A DNA stretch of 64,000 bases from Hydrolagus affinis (Eukaryota). The notes beneath the pieces are model-generated. The model saw only the letters and a program-made list of their open reading frames with translations, was not told the origin of the DNA and ran no database searches. Shown one piece after another: positions 60,101 to 64,000 of the stretch. Location of the stretch: positions 1 through 64,000 of the forward strand of contig JAAILG010000237.1 of NCBI GenBank assembly GCA_012026655.1, read 5' to 3'. Position numbers and translations under genes: made by a program. The first letter of the stretch is position 1. Every line of letters starts with the position of its first letter.

Positions 60101-61126
60101 GTTCTCTGCTTTTGATAGCTCAGAGGCCACATAAGTGAATTGCTAAAAAAAAATCTAGCCAATTTACAGGTCACTGCTGCTATTTTACTACAAACTATGT
60201 GAAAGATATGCTACTGACATTGCTTCTTGCACATAATGTGCATGTAAAATGCCCAGCAAGCGATAGCACTGTCTCTTGCTTCAGATGGCATGCATACAGT
60301 GACATCATTGGTGATTTGGCAAGTCAGTAGTTGCCCATTGTTTATTGCGGGAAGGCAGCTATTCATCATGGGCCCACAGTAGATACTGTAGTGAGGCAGT
60401 GCTGTATGGGGATGGGGAGGGGGTATAACAGAGCTCCTTTGTTCATCTTTCATAACATAACAAACACCAGCTAAACTGTATTATGATGTGACTAAGTTCA
60501 TTGTGTTAAATGTCCATTGATCTTAAATGATCTAAGATGGAGTGGTGGATCACTAGCCTACTAAAAGCACTTGGAGAACAACACACAGCATTAACTTCAG
60601 AAAACTAATAAATAATAAATTGGTCATTTCAAACCACGACTGTTTGGGGACACTGCTGTGTGCAATTGACTGTTGCATTTCACCCACAAAAATATACAGT
60701 CAATTCACTTTACAGTATATTCTGTGAAGTGCTTTGTTGTCTGGAAGACGTGAAAAGCACTATATCAAATGCAAGTATTATTATTAATACTGTTAGAATC
60801 CTGTATTGTAAAATATAGCGTCACAAGTGTTTTTGAAAGTTTGGTTTCTGATCACTATGTTTTGATCTGTAATGTTCTCAAACCATTCGTATCTTAAAAA
60901 TGTATAAATGTTGTGGCAGGAGGAGGAGGAAGAGGACGAAAATCAAATGTCAGAAGCAGCTGAAAAACATTACCGAGAACAAATGGAGAAGCAACAAGAG
61001 GTGATCAGTTCACAAGACAGCCTGCCAGCAGCTAACCCTTCATTTGTCAATGTTGGCTTTGAAATAGAAAATGAACCAACCAAAATAACGGAAAGTAAAG
61101 CAAGACATGATTCTATTCCCACTTAG
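57126..61126 (+). CDS. FAM177A1: Protein FAM177A1, 207 aa; exons 57126-57206, 58758-58928, 59027-59093, 59810-59907, 60920-61126
   Basis: KKQKVPRKIIHFASGETMEEYSTDEEE, LTWGPYLWFYMLR, CDFLGERVASLFGINTPKYQYAIDEYYR, SFVNVGFE; convergent with PPP2R3C as in mammals; exon 2 acceptor could be 58752 instead. Confidence 0.92.
57640..58176. mobile_element. SINE tail and two opposed L2 fragments in FAM177A1 intron 1
   Basis: Minus-strand L2 tail ~57720-57858 abutting a plus-strand L2 3' end ~57858-58176. Confidence 0.7.
60606..60786 (+). mobile_element. Deu-type SINE 3' half
   Basis: gggacactgctgtgtgcaattgactg core and full tail ending (tat)n. Confidence 0.82.
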
Positions 61127-61344
61127 AGGTAGCCACAATATGGAAGATAATGCAAGGACCAACCTCTCCTCTTCTAAATGAAGCAAATATGCCTTAATTT
61201 ACTGGTGGTTCTAAAATAAATAAATGCAATTGTGCCTTGCAAATAGCATCAGAATATGAATTGTTCTGTCCCTTAAATTCACATTAAAATTACTTGTTAT
61301 TGTACCTATTTATCACAGTTATACTTTTAAAGTAGAATCTTGTA

Positions 61345-61440
61345 TTAATAATCCTTGCATTTGCCATAGCACCTTTTCCGCCAAGAAGTTGTCTCAAAGT
61401 GCTTCACAGGATGTACTGTAAAGTGTAATGACTGTATTTG
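61345..61440 (-). mobile_element. SINE tail fragment in the FAM177A1 3' region
   Basis: Reverse complement of the recurring SINE tail. Confidence 0.65.
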
Positions 61441-61529
61441 CATTGTTTGATTCATAGTTATTTATTTGTAGTATGATTAACTTCTTGATAAATCTAATTA
61501 AAAACTCATTTTTGTAAACTGAAAACTTT

Positions 61530-61559
61530 AATAAAAATGTACAAACTAATCAGTTTATT
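61530..61559. terminator. Facing poly(A) signals of FAM177A1 (+) and PPP2R3C (-)
   Basis: AATAAA 61530-61535 on plus; TTTATT 61554-61559 = AATAAA on minus. Confidence 0.55.
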
Positions 61560-61761
61560 TTACATTTTGTACAATTTATAATGACTGCTTCCATTTATAT
61601 AGTGCCTTGCATGCAGGGTAGCATCTCGGAGCACTTTACACTAGTAGTATGTGGGGTGGGGGGTGAAAGAGGGCACATTTTGTACAAGTTCTCTTTACAA
61701 ATGAGGCTGCCACAGCTTTGTACCTTCAAGGTGGAAAAATGCCCCAACTTCATTGACAGAA

Positions 61762-63698
61762 TCATGAATCATCCAGATCAGCACCACTATCATTGTCGTT
61801 GGCAACAAGAACTTCTCTATTTTCATAAGTCCAAAAGCCATTTAGATCAATCAAGATGCTGCTGACAGTGTCACCCTGTCCACTGTTTATCAAATCTGGA
61901 AGTGTTATTTTATATGGGTCTCTAGGCTTGACCATGTCGAAGATTTCATCCTGCAAAATCAAACAACTTATTCAGTACTAACTCAATGATTTTATTTTAT
62001 TTTATTCAATTTACAATTCCTTCCCCCCACCACCCTTAAATTCCTACTCCTTCAGTAGGAAAGTTCCCCACTCCCCCCAAATAACTAAAATACCTTCACG
62101 TCTTGAAAAGAAACCGCTTCCTGGCCATGAAGTTTCATCTGCTCCTGGATAGCCTGTTGTAAATATAAATATGTTTGATCATTCATATTACAGAGTTAAC
62201 AGGAAGGGGGACGTAGGAAGGGAGTAAGGGGCAAAGGGAAAATTTGTTTCTAATGTGCCAACATTTGCACATACATTTGTTTTGTCATGTGGTACAAAGC
62301 ACTTTAAAAAAAAAACTAACTTTTCAATGCTTATTGACTGTCCTTAATTCTACAGAATAACAAACCACAACTCATAGAATATTTCACTTGATCCACATAA
62401 AAAACTGTTCACGAATACCAATCTGTACAAGGTTATGAAATAAATTCCAAGCCAACTAGGTAACTCTACAAGCACTCACCCGGAAGAAGAAATTGAGAGA
62501 GAAAACATTAAGATAACCCTTATTTTCCATATCCAGCAGTTTGAAGATATACTGGAGGGCAGCTGGTTCTTTACGGTTCTCTAAAGCAAGAACAAAGTCC
62601 AGGTAGGTCTTATAATCCTACATTAAAAAACAAGAAGAGTCAATTTGAAAAACAGCAATTTGCTTTTATATCAAGTTTGTGATGAATCTAACTTCTGAGA
62701 GAGCATGTTATCTAAATCCTTAAAAATACTGCAATCCCAGTGAAATCATCCTCAAGTACACACCAGAGCATCCAATAGAATAATTTTATAAATACAACAA
62801 ACAAACCACTCAAGACGCAGAATAAGTTGCATCACACCACTTTTCATCAGCTGAATTGGTCTAAAACAAAATGCAGATGTATAGCATTGTTTAGTGCCTG
62901 CTCTATTGGCTAAAACAAATTGTGTACCTGTCATCAGATATCTATTGCCAACTGATGAAAAGTTAGCTGTACAAAATCTTTGGGTTTAAAGTTTTGAGAA
63001 AGCCACAGACCAGAAGGTTTGCGCCTTTGACTGTGTCATTAACTGATCTCAGCTGGGGTGTCGGTAATGGCATCACAATCTACCTCAGTGACCCTTGGTT
63101 AGGGAGGAGAAAGAAAATCAAGCCATTGTTCCTAATCCCCTGATCAATATCCAGTTACTAAAAAAAATTGCATTTGTGGATAAGAGGCATGTTGAGTCAG
63201 TTGCAATGCCCTCGGTTATATATTATATTCAGAAGTGAAATTATTCACTAGTGATTACCATTTCTCCATCATAGGTTAGACACTCTTGGAAAACCCTATC
63301 CAGAAAGACACTTGTCAGAGTTCCTGTGCCGTAACGTGATAGCTCTTCTTTGCTGAGCATTCCGTTATGATCCTTGTCCAGGTTCAAGTACTGACCTAAA
63401 GTGTAAGCAAATAAATGAATTATATAGTCTTAAATTGCAGTACAAGCTATAAATGACATTTCTGAAACCAGCACATACCATATACTCTCAATGCAGATGG
63501 AGCTGAAAACCAGTTTGATTCTTGACTTTCCTTAGACAATTCTTCATCTCTCAGCTTCAAATACAAAACACAGGGACAAAAGTTAGTTTCGCTAAATAAG
63601 TCACAGTCAGAGTTCAATATGCGTTCATAGTTGATCATTTACCTCCAACAAGTCATCCAAGAAGCTGCATGCCAAAATATCCTGGATTTTTATTTTAC
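61762..63698 (-). CDS. PPP2R3C: PP2A regulatory subunit B'' gamma (3' part; 5' exons lie beyond the window); exons 63698-63643, 63554-63479, 63395-63259, 62617-62480, 62153-62094, 61950-61762
   Basis: KIKIQDILACSFLDDLLE/LRDEELSKESQESNWFSAPSALRVY/GQYLNLDKDHNGMLSKEEL (EF-hand)/DYKTYLDFVLALENRKEP/.../DEIFDMVKP...ILIDLNGFWTYENRE; all GT-AG and in phase. Confidence 0.96.
62995..63215 (+). mobile_element. Older SINE-like family copy in a PPP2R3C intron
   Basis: agccacagaccagaagg...ctgatctcagctgggg...tagggaggag...ctgatcaatatccag; related to the copies at 48040 and 30225. Confidence 0.5.
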
Positions 63699-64000
63699 CT
63701 AGAATAATTTAAAAAAATTAGAAAGGTAGTTTATTTTAAATTACTTTGTCAAGTGTTGTACAAGCTGGAGAGGAGTGAGTTAACACATTATTTCTCCCAC
63801 AAATATACAGTAAATTTTCCTACTTTCCTTCCCTCAACCATGACCCCTCCCCCGCTGCTCTGGTTCCTACCTCTTCTCACCCCTTTCTTCCCTCTTGTCT
63901 TCTCCCTCCACCCCCCCCCTCCCCCCCCCCGCTCTGGTCCCAACCTTGGGACGTTGTTGTATTCTCTGAAGTGCTTTGCGACATCGATAAGACATGGAAA

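Overview
Compact, intron-rich vertebrate genomic DNA. The repeat content (tRNA/Deu-domain SINEs with L2-type tails, L2 and CR1 LINE 3' ends, Penelope-type termini) and the divergence of the proteins suggest a cartilaginous fish, probably a holocephalan; this is an inference. Six genes were reconstructed by hand with GT-AG junctions and consistent phases: TRAPPC6B (-, last exon not found in the window), PNN (+, 624 aa), MIA2/TALI-cTAGE5 (+, 29 coding exons, ~2487 aa, including a 4285-nt exon), FBXO33 (-, 475 aa), FAM177A1 (+, 207 aa) and the 3' part of PPP2R3C (-). Most noteworthy: (1) an oversized MIA2 whose lumenal part appears to keep TANGO1/MIA3-like helical elements and two internal repeat families; (2) a minimal hammerhead-ribozyme motif in sense orientation in FBXO33 intron 1; (3) a candidate poison exon in PNN; (4) an internal cTAGE5 promoter fused to the TM exon; (5) a MIA2-FBXO33-FAM177A1 linkage that mirrors the MIA3-FAM177B paralogon. 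Comparisons with human orthologues are from memory and need alignment.
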